From contig JBBRXJ010000001.1 in NCBI GenBank assembly GCA_038248505.1, forward strand, positions 3,198 to 67,197: 64,000 nucleotides of DNA, read 5' to 3'. The stretch comes from Bacteroidales bacterium. Lineage in GTDB: Bacteria; Bacteroidota; Bacteroidia; Bacteroidales; JBBRXJ01. The first letter of the stretch is position 1. Each line of letters opens with the position of its first letter. The notes under the pieces were generated by a model that saw only the letters and a list, made by a program, of their open reading frames with translations, did no database searches and was not told the origin of the DNA. The position numbers and the translations under genes were made by a program. This document shows positions 1-9,217 of this stretch, one piece after another.

Positions 1-1
1 T

Positions 2-358
2 ACTTTTGAAGGCAAATTAGGAAGCAATAGAAATAGACCTGATTCACGTATTGTACTTTTTACTGATGGCGATTTTGTTGTTAATGGTGAAGGTCAACAA
101 CCACAGCAATTACCAGAAGATAATATAAATATATTTGTTAATTCACTTGACTGGTTGAATGATGAAACCGGATTGATTGCTTTACGAACAAAAGTGGTTA
201 CTGCTCGTCCATTAGATCAGATATCTGATAGTAAAAAGACATTTGTTAAATATCTGAACTTTTTATTACCACTAATTCTTATTGTTGGTTATGGTGTTTA
301 CCGATCACAACGAAATAGAATAATTCGCATGAAAAGAATGGAGGATAATTATGTTTAA
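2..358 (+). CDS. gldG: 3' end of a gene entering from upstream of the window: C-terminal part of a GldG-like ABC-transporter auxiliary (gliding-associated) protein
   Basis: Frame 2 is open from base 2 to TAA at 356-358; the ORF track starts it only at an internal TTG at 155. The tail ...VLFTDGDFVVNGEG...NSLDWLNDETGLIALRTK... is followed by a hydrophobic anchor (LNFLLPLILIVGYGVY) and a basic end, which matches my recollection of GldG/ABC_transp_aux C-termini. It overlaps a DUF4340-like gene by 8 nt, the usual GldG neighbour. Confidence 0.5.
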   Translation, partial: TFEGKLGSNRNRPDSRIVLFTDGDFVVNGEGQQPQQLPEDNINIFVNSLDWLNDETGLIALRTKVVTARPLDQISDSKKTFVKYLNFLLPLILIVGYGVYRSQRNRIIRMKRMEDNYV

Positions 359-1337
359 GAAGCTTAATATAAAGACGCTGATTGTCATGCTAGGCTGTCT
401 TGTCGCAGTAGTTGTAATAATGCAAATTGCAAAAAATAAGCGAGGCGATCGTTCGTTCAGAAGTGAAATTATTACCGTTGACTCGAGTGATATTTCTGCT
501 CTTATTATTGAAACACAAGTACCTGGTGAAGAGATGAAACTCGAACGAATTGATCAAACTTGGAATGTTAAATATAAAGGTGAACAATTTGTGGCTGATA
601 AAAGAAAAGTTCAGGAATTAGTCGTTTTACTTTCATTAATGAAACCATTACGCGTAGCAGCGATTGATAAAAGTTCATGGCGAGATTTTGATGTAACGGA
701 CTCTGCCGGTTTATCAGTAAAAATTGAATCAAATGGAAAAGTAAAACAAGAACTCATTATCGGTCGTTTTTCATATAAACAACCTGATCCGAATGATCCG
801 ATGGCTCATTACAACCAAATGAATAGCATGAGCACCTTTGTTCGCACAGATGATGATGAGCGTGTTTATCTGGTTCAAGGTTTTCTCAGATATATGTTTC
901 AAGGAGATTTGAGTGTGTTTCGCAACAAGGATTTAGTGAATACACAAAGAAGTAATTGGAACAAACTTACATTTACCTATCCGGCAGATAGTTCTTTTGT
1001 GCTGCAGAAAAAAGAGGGTAAATGGTTTGTGAATGATATGCCAGCAGATTCTCAAAAGGTGCAGAATTATTTTAATAATATTGAGAATTTAACAAGCTTT
1101 AGCTTTTTGGATAAAAATTCCGCTGTAGCTCCCATTTCTCATAAACTTGTAATTGGTACCGCTGATAAATCAATTCCCATTGATTTATCAGCGGTACCAA
1201 CTGATAGTACAAGTCTGTTAGCTATTCGTTCAAGTATTAATAAAGACGGTATTTTTAGTGGTGCAGGATCAAATCTTTTTATTCGAATATTCATTAGTAA
1301 AGCTAGTTTATTGCCTTCTGTTTTAGTTCTAGAGTAG
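351..1337 (+). CDS. DUF4340-like membrane-anchored protein (typical partner downstream of gldG)
   Basis: 328-aa ORF with an N-terminal TM helix (LIVMLGCLVAVVVIM). Its start overlaps the upstream gene's stop. The position after a GldG-like gene is the basis of the family call; no catalytic motifs were seen. Confidence 0.5.
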   Translation: MFKKLNIKTLIVMLGCLVAVVVIMQIAKNKRGDRSFRSEIITVDSSDISALIIETQVPGEEMKLERIDQTWNVKYKGEQFVADKRKVQELVVLLSLMKPLRVAAIDKSSWRDFDVTDSAGLSVKIESNGKVKQELIIGRFSYKQPDPNDPMAHYNQMNSMSTFVRTDDDERVYLVQGFLRYMFQGDLSVFRNKDLVNTQRSNWNKLTFTYPADSSFVLQKKEGKWFVNDMPADSQKVQNYFNNIENLTSFSFLDKNSAVAPISHKLVIGTADKSIPIDLSAVPTDSTSLLAIRSSINKDGIFSGAGSNLFIRIFISKASLLPSVLVLE

Positions 1338-1360
1338 TATGTGTTTAATATATTATAAAT

Positions 1361-1392
1361 AAAAAAAGGCAGGTTTCGACCTGCCTTTTTTT
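1361..1392. terminator. Bidirectional intrinsic terminator between convergent genes
   Basis: AAAAAAAGGCAGGT-TTCG-ACCTGCCTTTTTTT: a GC-cored stem with a tetraloop, flanked by an A-run and a T-run. It lies between the stops at 1337 (+) and 1395 (-). Confidence 0.85.
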
Positions 1393-1394
1393 AT

Positions 1395-1859
1395 TTATAT
1401 TGTTTTCTTCTTGTGATCAATTTCATTGAGTATCGTTAGTGTGCCCATTACCCCAAGTATTACTAAGAAAATAGCAGTAAGCCACCAAGGTGGTTGCGGT
1501 TGACCTTTAGGGATCATTTGCGCTACATTAAATGTTACTAAAAACATTACAATTAGTGTAATGATGAACGAAAAGGTAATAAGCCACAATGTCCATTCAT
1601 TTACTTTGTGCCTCCAAAATGAAATGGCAACAAGCAAGCTAGTTATTCCTTGCGCAATGTAGCAGATTCCTGCAATTTTCATTAGTGCTAAGTAGAGCAG
1701 TAAGATTCTTGGGTTAAATGCGTTTAGAGTCGCATCATCCATTTCTAGAAATGCTGTGTGATAGGACATGATGTGGCTGCAAAAAAGATAAATAGCTCCA
1801 AATCCTATACTAAATAGCGATACGGCGCCAATACACCATACTAATATTTTTTCTTTCAT
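1395..1859 (-). CDS. Small integral membrane protein, unknown function (4-5 predicted TM helices)
   Basis: 154-aa ORF consisting almost entirely of hydrophobic segments. I recognise no family. Confidence 0.6.
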   Translation of the reverse strand: MKEKILVWCIGAVSLFSIGFGAIYLFCSHIMSYHTAFLEMDDATLNAFNPRILLLYLALMKIAGICYIAQGITSLLVAISFWRHKVNEWTLWLITFSFIITLIVMFLVTFNVAQMIPKGQPQPPWWLTAIFLVILGVMGTLTILNEIDHKKKTI

Positions 1860-1902
1860 AAAAAATGGGTTTAAGGTTTAGATATTTATACGTACTAAAA
1901 CC

Positions 1903-2565
1903 TTAAAGGTTGCCATCCCATTCAGCTAAAAAGGTTTTGAGATAGAGCACTAAATATTTGTGACGCTCCTCAGCTAACACCCTAGCTGTGTTCGTGTTCA
2001 TTAGGTCTTTTAAAAGCAGGAGCTTTTCATAAAAGTGATTAAGTGTGGGAGCAATACTTTTTCGATACGCTTCTGTTGATTGGTATACTACCGGCTTAAT
2101 ATCTGGATCATAAAGCGGTCTATTTTTAAAACCTCCATAATTAAATGTTCGTGCAATACCTATCGCACCTAGTGCGTCAAGGCGGTCGGCATCTTGCACT
2201 ATATTACATTCTAAGCTTAAATCGTTTCCCTTTTTTTTGCCCCCTGCAAATGAAATATTATTTATTATTGATGCTACTCGTTCAGTCAATTCGGCTTTCT
2301 CGCCAACACGTAAAAGAAAATCAAAGGCTATACTAGCCCCCATCTTCTCATCACCTCCATTAAATTTTGGATCAGAGATATCATGAAGCAATGCAGAGAT
2401 GACACACAAGTGTCTTTCTCCACCTTCTGCAATTGCTATCTTTTCAGCCATTTTTGCTACGCGAATACAATGCCAATAATCATGTCCGCCTTCGTGGTCT
2501 TTTAACTTTGATTGAACAAATACTCGGCATGCTTCTTCAATCCGAAATTCATTAGTATGCTTCAT
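1903..2565 (-). CDS. HD-domain metal-dependent phosphohydrolase (YedJ-like)
   Basis: HDYWHCIRV ... LLHDISDPKF ... DADRLDALGAIG motifs are characteristic of the HD superfamily; 220 aa. Confidence 0.8.
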   Translation of the reverse strand: MKHTNEFRIEEACRVFVQSKLKDHEGGHDYWHCIRVAKMAEKIAIAEGGERHLCVISALLHDISDPKFNGGDEKMGASIAFDFLLRVGEKAELTERVASIINNISFAGGKKKGNDLSLECNIVQDADRLDALGAIGIARTFNYGGFKNRPLYDPDIKPVVYQSTEAYRKSIAPTLNHFYEKLLLLKDLMNTNTARVLAEERHKYLVLYLKTFLAEWDGNL

Positions 2566-3290
2566 TTTTGTTTAGAATAGGGGTTACACAAATATATTTA
2601 TTCAATTGATTCTCTGTAGTTGTACATCATAAATAATTAAGCAGTATCATAATAATTTATATTATAGTATATACTCCTTGCCTCCCTATGAAAGAATTTT
2701 TTAAAATCAGATCAGAATATACGCTCTTGCCATGGAATAAATTATATTATTTTCAGGAACATTCATTATTGTTAAATTGATGTTGATAATAATGTTAAAA
2801 ATGTGATGCTAATTTTTAGAGCTGAGAGTTCTGTAATGTGTGATATAAAGTAATATTATTAAGATAGTTATATAATAATATATGTTTATTTGATGGTGAT
2901 GTGTAAATTAATTTAAACTACTACATTAACTCGTTAATATATTTCACTAAATATAACAGTATTTGCTCATTAAAAGTCAATAAAGATCTATAATATAGAC
3001 TGATATCATGTCTTTTTTTTGATAAATAGATGAAGACTTCTATCTCTAATTATAATGTGTTTTATGGTAATGACAATTTTGTTCAGATATTGTAAAAGGC
3101 TTTCAAATAATATTGAAAAAATATGAAATAAGATTTTTTGACAAAAACAGGAAGGGTTTTAGGCTGAAAACGTGTGTTAACTTGAAGAATTATAGATGTA
3201 TAGTTTTAAATACTTCGATTTTTAGCTGGGGAATAAAAAAAGATTTTCTTTTACTATATTTAAACTCCATAATCTAATAACACATAATTT

Positions 3291-6200
3291 ATGAGAAATA
3301 AAACTACTTCGTTAATAATTTTATTTGCCTTCTTTTTTACCTCAATCAGTTTTTCGCAAAACTGGCAAACTATGAGCGCTACTAAATCTTTAGGCGGATC
3401 AATAAATTATATAAATTCAGTTTCCAATCATGGCGATACACTTTGTGTCGGAACAAGCACTGGAGTTTGGTGCTCTCCTTCTGGTAATGGTGGCGATTGG
3501 ATTCAATTCGGTACTGGTTTAAATTCCTCTGCAGTTACACAGGTTTTTGTTTCTGGAAATTATGGTGTGGCTTTTGTTGGTGGTACGGTGTATTATTTAA
3601 ATTCGAGTAAAGTATGGACTACCAGCGGCCTAACAGGTTGTGGCAGTGTTGCTATGCAAGCGACTACTGGTTATATGTTTGCATCAAAAGACTATACGGG
3701 AGTATATCGTTCAATAAATCATGGTCTAAATTGGACTTTATATAATACAACAAATGCAAATGAAAATCTTGTTGGCCCTACTGGACCCATCGGAATTCAC
3801 CCTACAAAACGTATTTGGGCCATTTATTGTTTTGAAAATTTGGTAATTGCAAATAGCAAAAATGCTGTTCATATTAGTGAGAATAACGGAGCTAATTGGT
3901 ATTATCGTTGGGGCGATATGCTTGTTGATCATGGAGCAGGTAGCAATATTAAAGGAATGTATTTTTACAATTATAAAGGTGTAGGTCAATTATTTGTTAG
4001 CACGGATGGTACCATGTGGAATGGAATGTCGCCTAACATAAATAGAAGTGCAGATACTGGAGTACATTATCCGAATTATGATGGAGCAAGCGGTGCTACT
4101 ATTCTTGGATTACCTTATAGTAGCGGAGAGTATTTCGTTGACTATGCACATTATTCTTCTCGCGCCATGTTTATACGCACAGGCGGAAATAATATTTATA
4201 AATCAAACGATAACGGTCTCAACTGGGCGCTTTTTGAAAATAGTCTTACAGCCTATACTCAAAAAGATTTAATAGCAACTACTAAAAAATTAATTCTTGC
4301 AGATTATTATGGCATGTATTTTATTGATTTAACTACAGGTCCAAGTTGGACTGCTACCTATCCAAAACTGGCTAATATTACTGGTAGTTCAGCAGAGGTA
4401 ACGGTTAATGCTAATTCAAAAGGAAAAGCCTATTACGTAGCTTTGCCATCGGCTATGGCAGCTCCAACTGCAAATCAAGTACTCGACGGACAAGATGCAT
4501 CAGGAACTATGGCTGCTGTTAAAGGTAGTTTTAATGTCCCAACAGCAAATACAAATCAAATGGGTGTGGTAACAGGTATGCTTTCTCTTACAGCATATAA
4601 AATTTATGTAGTTACTACCAATGAAATTGGTAATACAGGCTCAGTGGCAAGCCTAAGCCTAACAACACTTTCAGCTACTCTTGCAATTTCACAAACGGGG
4701 CTTGGTAGTACTACACCTGCATCAGGAGCATATGTGGGCACCGTAAATATTTCTGCAACTCCTGCTGCAAACTACCGATTTGATAAATGGACTATTAATG
4801 GAACTTCAATTATTAAAACACCGAATACTTCGGTTAACATGAATACAGATATTAATGCTATTGCTACTTTTGTACAAGTTGCAAATTTAAATGTTACCGG
4901 TAATGGTAGTGGTAATGCTTTTCCTGCTGGGCTTACTGTACAAGATGCAGGTAAGTCTGTTACCATTCGAGCATATCCAGCAACGGGATATAAGGTGACT
5001 AAATATGTAGTGAATGGCACTGCCTTTAATACTTCCGCAACATCTCGTAATGTTACTGTTTCAGCTGCAGGGTCTACAGTTGTAGTTCATTTTGCACTTA
5101 TTGTTATTCCTCCTCCTAGTTTGTGTGATACAATGCTTACAGTTACTAGTCTTCCGCGACCTAACAACACATGGGAGGCAGCGTATAAAACGCGTCTTAA
5201 TAATATGTACGGCTCACGCGTTATGTCATATGATAATAATAGAAGCTATGCTGGTACAGATGCTGGAAAATGGTATTGGCCAGAGAAATTAGCTAAAATG
5301 AAGTATGATTCAAATAACTTGGCGTATTATATTGGACTTGCTGGAAATGCAATGTCATCACATACTCCCGGCGCAGGTAGTTTCTATTATCCTTTTACGG
5401 GCGCAGGCTATGCAATGTATTATTTCATTTATAAAGATTCAATTATGAAGTATGATCCTGCTCAAATTGATAGTGTAGAAGCGTCCTTATATTATTATAA
5501 TGAGTGGAAGTACATGATGCGTCGTGATCAGTATTTAGATATTTTGTATCCTACGGGTAAAGAATTTAATTCCGAAAATTTTCAATGGATGTTAAGATGT
5601 GCAGGCCATTTGCTCTCACACGAATTTCATACTAAAAATGGACATAATAATTACAATTTATCATTTACCGATGCCGATGGCATTGACCGAGCAAACGTAA
5701 ATATTACCGGTTATTTTGATGGCTATGTAAATAATCTGGTTCGTGCATTATATTCGTCAGGGCGTGTTGAATGGAACTCAAATAATTATTGGGCACATAC
5801 AATGAACCCATTATTGGCGCTTTATGAAGGGGCCGATAGATGTAATAATCCCGAAGGTTCTCAGATGAAGAAAAAAGCTGAAGCCTGCCTCGATTATATG
5901 ACCATTGAAGCGGCATTACATTTTCTTGATGGCTATCAAATTGCTGCTGATGCTCGTGCAAAAAGTGGCTATATCGATAATAATTTAGGATCTGTTGAGA
6001 CCTATTCCTATGCCTATTTTGTCGATGCCGCAAATCATCCAACGTATTCAACTACTGCTTGGAATTCATCTACTGCATCTTCAGAAACAGGCGGGTTTAT
6101 TCTTACATCAAGCTATCGTCCACCACAAATTGTGATTGATATGGCGCAACGTAAATTCCCAATGCCTGTTGAGGTGCAAAGTGCTAAACCATTCTACGCA

Positions 6201-7679
6201 GCGGATTTTGGTGACTTTTGGAATATTGGTGAATCGCCATACAATGATTGGAAAGGGGTAAATCGTGCTCGTCGTTTTGAATTTGAAACAGTGTATCTCG
6301 ATACAAACTTTACCATGAGTAGTATTGCCGGTGGCAGACCAGATGGTGCGCAAGGTACCTTCTCTGAGCAAGCGCAGTGGGAGATTGGTGTAAAAGGAAC
6401 AAATAACGGTGCCAAACAAATTACGGGTAATGCATCAGATTATTGGTATTCACCTGCTGGTCGCTGCCCGCAACATGAGATTGGTCAGTTCCGAAATATC
6501 ATGATTCACTTAGTAAAAGAGGCATCATCAAATCAATTTTATATTCTTGTCCCTGATCCTTCAAGTCAAATTGCATCATCAGGCTTAGGAACAGTGTTTG
6601 AGTGGAACGGACAAAATTTGTATTTAGATTTAGGTAATAATGTATATATGGCTTGTAGGCCTTATGCTGCAACTGGTCACACTTTTAGCGGTTCATCACA
6701 ACGACGTATTACTTGGAATTTCACTAACAATTCCTTAGGTGGTCTCGTGATTGAGATGGGTAAAAAAGCACAATATGGTTCTTTTGCAAATTTCAAAACA
6801 CAAGTTCAAGCTGCTTCGCTCTCATCAATAAATACTAATACCATAGAGTATGTTAGTCCAAAAGGGAATACTATGCGAATGGAATATACAGCACCAATAA
6901 CTAATTTTATGATGTCGCCTGGAACATTCGATACACCTACTCCAAATCCACTTGCAGCTGCGGGTAATTATCCAATAGTGACAGGTAACGGTGACTTAAT
7001 TGACTATACAAAATGGGATTGCTACAAAACCGTTTATGGTGCACCATTAATTAACCAGAAGTGGGGTGGAGCTTTAATGAAACTAAATGTTGGTGGTAAT
7101 GAAGCAACAATTACTATTGATACCATTACTTCAAAGGTTACATATAGTATGAAGAATAGTAGTTTGCCAAATCGCAAAGCTGACTTAAGTTATACAGCAC
7201 CTACCAGTTTTAGCAATGCTTCTATTATTGATCCCTCATTTAATATTACAACTGTAGAATGGGATTATAATAACGACGCTACCTATGAAGAGACGGGTAG
7301 TTCTGTAACGCATGATTATGGCGTATCAGGTACACAAACGGTAGGAATAAAAGTAAATACCGATGCAAACTGTTACTATCAGACGGTAAAATCAGTTAGC
7401 ATTATTATTAATGAAATAGATAACCTTTCAGATGCTAAAATATCAGTCTATCCAATACCTGCTGAAACATACGTTAATATTGAATTTGGCAAGGAATTAG
7501 CGAGTGGTACAAAACTAATTTTAGTAGATGTAGATGGGAAAATAATTCTTGAAAGGACACTTCAATCAAATGAATCAAATTATTTAATAGATGTATCTGG
7601 CATGAAAGTAGGATGTTATATTCTCAGCATAAAGGATTCAGAAAAATCAATTTACACAGGTAGAATTATTGTAAAATAA
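3291..7679 (+). CDS. 1462-aa secreted multidomain T9SS cargo. Domains in order: signal peptide; Asp-box/BNR-like beta-propeller region; Ig-like domain; two divergent InlB-B-repeat-like domains; about 650-aa uncharacterised core (possibly polysaccharide-lyase-like); PKD domain; T9SS type-A C-terminal sorting domain
   Basis: Signal peptide MRNKTTSLIILFAFFFTSISFSQ. Asp-box-like SINHGLNW, SENNGANW, SNDNGLNW. Repeats ...ATPAANYRFDKWTINGT / ...AYPATGYKVTKYVVNGT. PKD-like VEWDYNNDATYEETGSSVTHDYGVSGTQTVGIKV. C-terminus KISVYPIPAETYVNIEF...GCYILSIKD...GRIIVK is typical of T9SS CTDs. Confidence 0.8.
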   Translation: MRNKTTSLIILFAFFFTSISFSQNWQTMSATKSLGGSINYINSVSNHGDTLCVGTSTGVWCSPSGNGGDWIQFGTGLNSSAVTQVFVSGNYGVAFVGGTVYYLNSSKVWTTSGLTGCGSVAMQATTGYMFASKDYTGVYRSINHGLNWTLYNTTNANENLVGPTGPIGIHPTKRIWAIYCFENLVIANSKNAVHISENNGANWYYRWGDMLVDHGAGSNIKGMYFYNYKGVGQLFVSTDGTMWNGMSPNINRSADTGVHYPNYDGASGATILGLPYSSGEYFVDYAHYSSRAMFIRTGGNNIYKSNDNGLNWALFENSLTAYTQKDLIATTKKLILADYYGMYFIDLTTGPSWTATYPKLANITGSSAEVTVNANSKGKAYYVALPSAMAAPTANQVLDGQDASGTMAAVKGSFNVPTANTNQMGVVTGMLSLTAYKIYVVTTNEIGNTGSVASLSLTTLSATLAISQTGLGSTTPASGAYVGTVNISATPAANYRFDKWTINGTSIIKTPNTSVNMNTDINAIATFVQVANLNVTGNGSGNAFPAGLTVQDAGKSVTIRAYPATGYKVTKYVVNGTAFNTSATSRNVTVSAAGSTVVVHFALIVIPPPSLCDTMLTVTSLPRPNNTWEAAYKTRLNNMYGSRVMSYDNNRSYAGTDAGKWYWPEKLAKMKYDSNNLAYYIGLAGNAMSSHTPGAGSFYYPFTGAGYAMYYFIYKDSIMKYDPAQIDSVEASLYYYNEWKYMMRRDQYLDILYPTGKEFNSENFQWMLRCAGHLLSHEFHTKNGHNNYNLSFTDADGIDRANVNITGYFDGYVNNLVRALYSSGRVEWNSNNYWAHTMNPLLALYEGADRCNNPEGSQMKKKAEACLDYMTIEAALHFLDGYQIAADARAKSGYIDNNLGSVETYSYAYFVDAANHPTYSTTAWNSSTASSETGGFILTSSYRPPQIVIDMAQRKFPMPVEVQSAKPFYAADFGDFWNIGESPYNDWKGVNRARRFEFETVYLDTNFTMSSIAGGRPDGAQGTFSEQAQWEIGVKGTNNGAKQITGNASDYWYSPAGRCPQHEIGQFRNIMIHLVKEASSNQFYILVPDPSSQIASSGLGTVFEWNGQNLYLDLGNNVYMACRPYAATGHTFSGSSQRRITWNFTNNSLGGLVIEMGKKAQYGSFANFKTQVQAASLSSINTNTIEYVSPKGNTMRMEYTAPITNFMMSPGTFDTPTPNPLAAAGNYPIVTGNGDLIDYTKWDCYKTVYGAPLINQKWGGALMKLNVGGNEATITIDTITSKVTYSMKNSSLPNRKADLSYTAPTSFSNASIIDPSFNITTVEWDYNNDATYEETGSSVTHDYGVSGTQTVGIKVNTDANCYYQTVKSVSIIINEIDNLSDAKISVYPIPAETYVNIEFGKELASGTKLILVDVDGKIILERTLQSNESNYLIDVSGMKVGCYILSIKDSEKSIYTGRIIVK

Positions 7680-7707
7680 GAATGAGTTTGAAGATTTGTA
7701 TAAACTG

Positions 7708-7758
7708 TTGATTATCCCAAATCAAACACAAGAAAATAGTTTGATTTGGGATAATCAA
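7708..7758 (+). terminator. Long perfect hairpin 29 nt after the stop of the giant cargo gene (probable terminator or 3' stabiliser)
   Basis: TTGATTATCCCAAATCAAAC (7708-7727) and its exact reverse complement GTTTGATTTGGGATAATCAA (7739-7758) are separated by an 11-nt loop. Only a weak T-run follows. Confidence 0.6.
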
Positions 7759-7999
7759 ACTATATATAAACCTTTTTGCTTTAGCCCTAATACGGGGTTA
7801 AATTTGAATCAGTAAAACTTTAATCCCTATCATTCCAGATTATTTGGTTGAACTCCTATCCGTGAGGTTAGACGAGGATACTGAGCGAATCAGCCGCAGC
7901 GGAAAAATATTTTTGGGGTATATCCACCGAAGGGCTGCTTCGAAAGATTTTTTTTCAATTAATACCTTTAATGCTTTGCTGCAAGATAGTTTTTTACAT

Positions 8000-8524
8000 T
8001 TAAAGCATTGATTGAATTTCTTGCTTTATAATTTCAATGGCTGTTAGTGATGGCGATTTTTCAATTTCAAAAATCTCTTCTAAAATGGCTTTGCTGAGAT
8101 TTATGGCTGGTGCCTCTGGTTTAAATTTTAGAGCATTAATATTTACCAATTTAACAATATTTTCCTTTGCTTTAACTACCTGTTGCCAAGCATAATTAGA
8201 CATGTAAATTTGTTGGGCAAAATTATGCTCAAATTCGGATCGTATAGTAGAAAGTAAACGTGCTTGCAATTCGCCAACGGTCATTTCATTTTTATGAATT
8301 CTTTTTAAAAGTGAATCCGGATTTATTCGCTCTAAAAAAACAGTGGCTCGTTCATATGCTTGTAACTTAACTGGAAAAAGTGTCTTATGACTTGCCATGA
8401 GAATTTCATCTTTTCGACGTATTTCTTCATTTCGTATAAATGATCTTACCAAATACCAAGTAGTAAGGAATACAATAATAGATGGTAAAATATATTTAAA
8501 AATTTCTAATAAGAGAATACTCAT
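8000..8524 (-). CDS. Hypothetical protein with one N-terminal TM helix, downstream of a receiver-only response regulator
   Basis: The ORF track begins at a TTG (8545) overlapping the upstream gene. The ATG at 8524 (MSILLLEIFKYILPSIIVFL...) lies 7 nt after the regulator's stop and gives a clean TM N-terminus. The rest is predicted helical, with no family recognised. Confidence 0.55.
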   Translation of the reverse strand: MSILLLEIFKYILPSIIVFLTTWYLVRSFIRNEEIRRKDEILMASHKTLFPVKLQAYERATVFLERINPDSLLKRIHKNEMTVGELQARLLSTIRSEFEHNFAQQIYMSNYAWQQVVKAKENIVKLVNINALKFKPEAPAINLSKAILEEIFEIEKSPSLTAIEIIKQEIQSML

Positions 8525-8531
8525 ACAATTA

Positions 8532-8918
8532 TTATTTGGCGCCAAGCGTTTTTTCTATCCTATCTACAATAGTTTGTATATTAATGGGTTTTATAATATA
8601 ATCAATAGCCCCAAGTTCTTTTGATTTGTCGATATCTGCCTGATCACTTTTTGCACTCACCATAATTACCGGAATATTGCTAGTAGTATTGTCCTTCTTT
8701 ATTTCCTTCAATACATTAAAGCCATTTATGCCAGGCATCATTATATCGAGTAAAATTAATTCGGGTTTGTGTTCTTTCATCGAGGTATAAGCCTCTTCAG
8801 CACTAAAGGCAACATTTACAGTATAGCCTTCATCTTCCAAAATATTCTGTAGTAATAAATTATTTACAGATGAATCATCAATAATTAATATACTTCCTTT
8901 TTTGCTATCTACCATCAT
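8532..8918 (-). CDS. Stand-alone CheY-like receiver domain response regulator
   Basis: ILIIDDSS (acidic pair), LILLDIMMPGINGF (phospho-acceptor Asp) and DYIIKP (conserved Lys). At 128 aa there is no output domain. Confidence 0.9.
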   Translation of the reverse strand: MMVDSKKGSILIIDDSSVNNLLLQNILEDEGYTVNVAFSAEEAYTSMKEHKPELILLDIMMPGINGFNVLKEIKKDNTTSNIPVIMVSAKSDQADIDKSKELGAIDYIIKPINIQTIVDRIEKTLGAK

Positions 8919-9217
8919 AAAACAATTCTGTTAACATGATTAAACTTAAATCTATCAAATTTATGGAATCTTTTCTGTTTTAATATAAATTATATGTTAT
9001 TTCTTTTAAACTACTAGGCTAAATACGATTTAGTGAGCAACAAGAAGAGATTTTACGAATTATAACTTAATAATTATTAGCTAAGCAGAACCTAATCTAT
9101 ATGTTTCTTATAACTCTCAATATTAATTTATTATGATATCCTAATAGTTTTATGGGAGATTAAGAAAAAATAATTTACTTTGAATTATCATTACATTAAG
9201 AAATTAAACATTTTCAT

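Noticed and set aside
7708-7758. The 20-bp perfect inverted repeat as the termini of a MITE or IS remnant
   Set aside because: The arms are only 11 nt apart, so nothing is enclosed. There are no flanking direct repeats and no second copy in the window. A transcript-end hairpin is the simpler reading.
7760-7966. Identity of the structured spacer as a known RNA (SRP/4.5S, 6S, tmRNA or RNase P)
   Set aside because: A GAAGCAGCC string on the minus strand resembles the SRP domain IV 3' side, but the matching 5' side (GGUCAGGUCC-like) and GNAR loop are absent. There is no RNase P GAGGAAAGUCC and no tmRNA GGGGCUGA/CCA ends. I therefore keep it only as an unclassified candidate.
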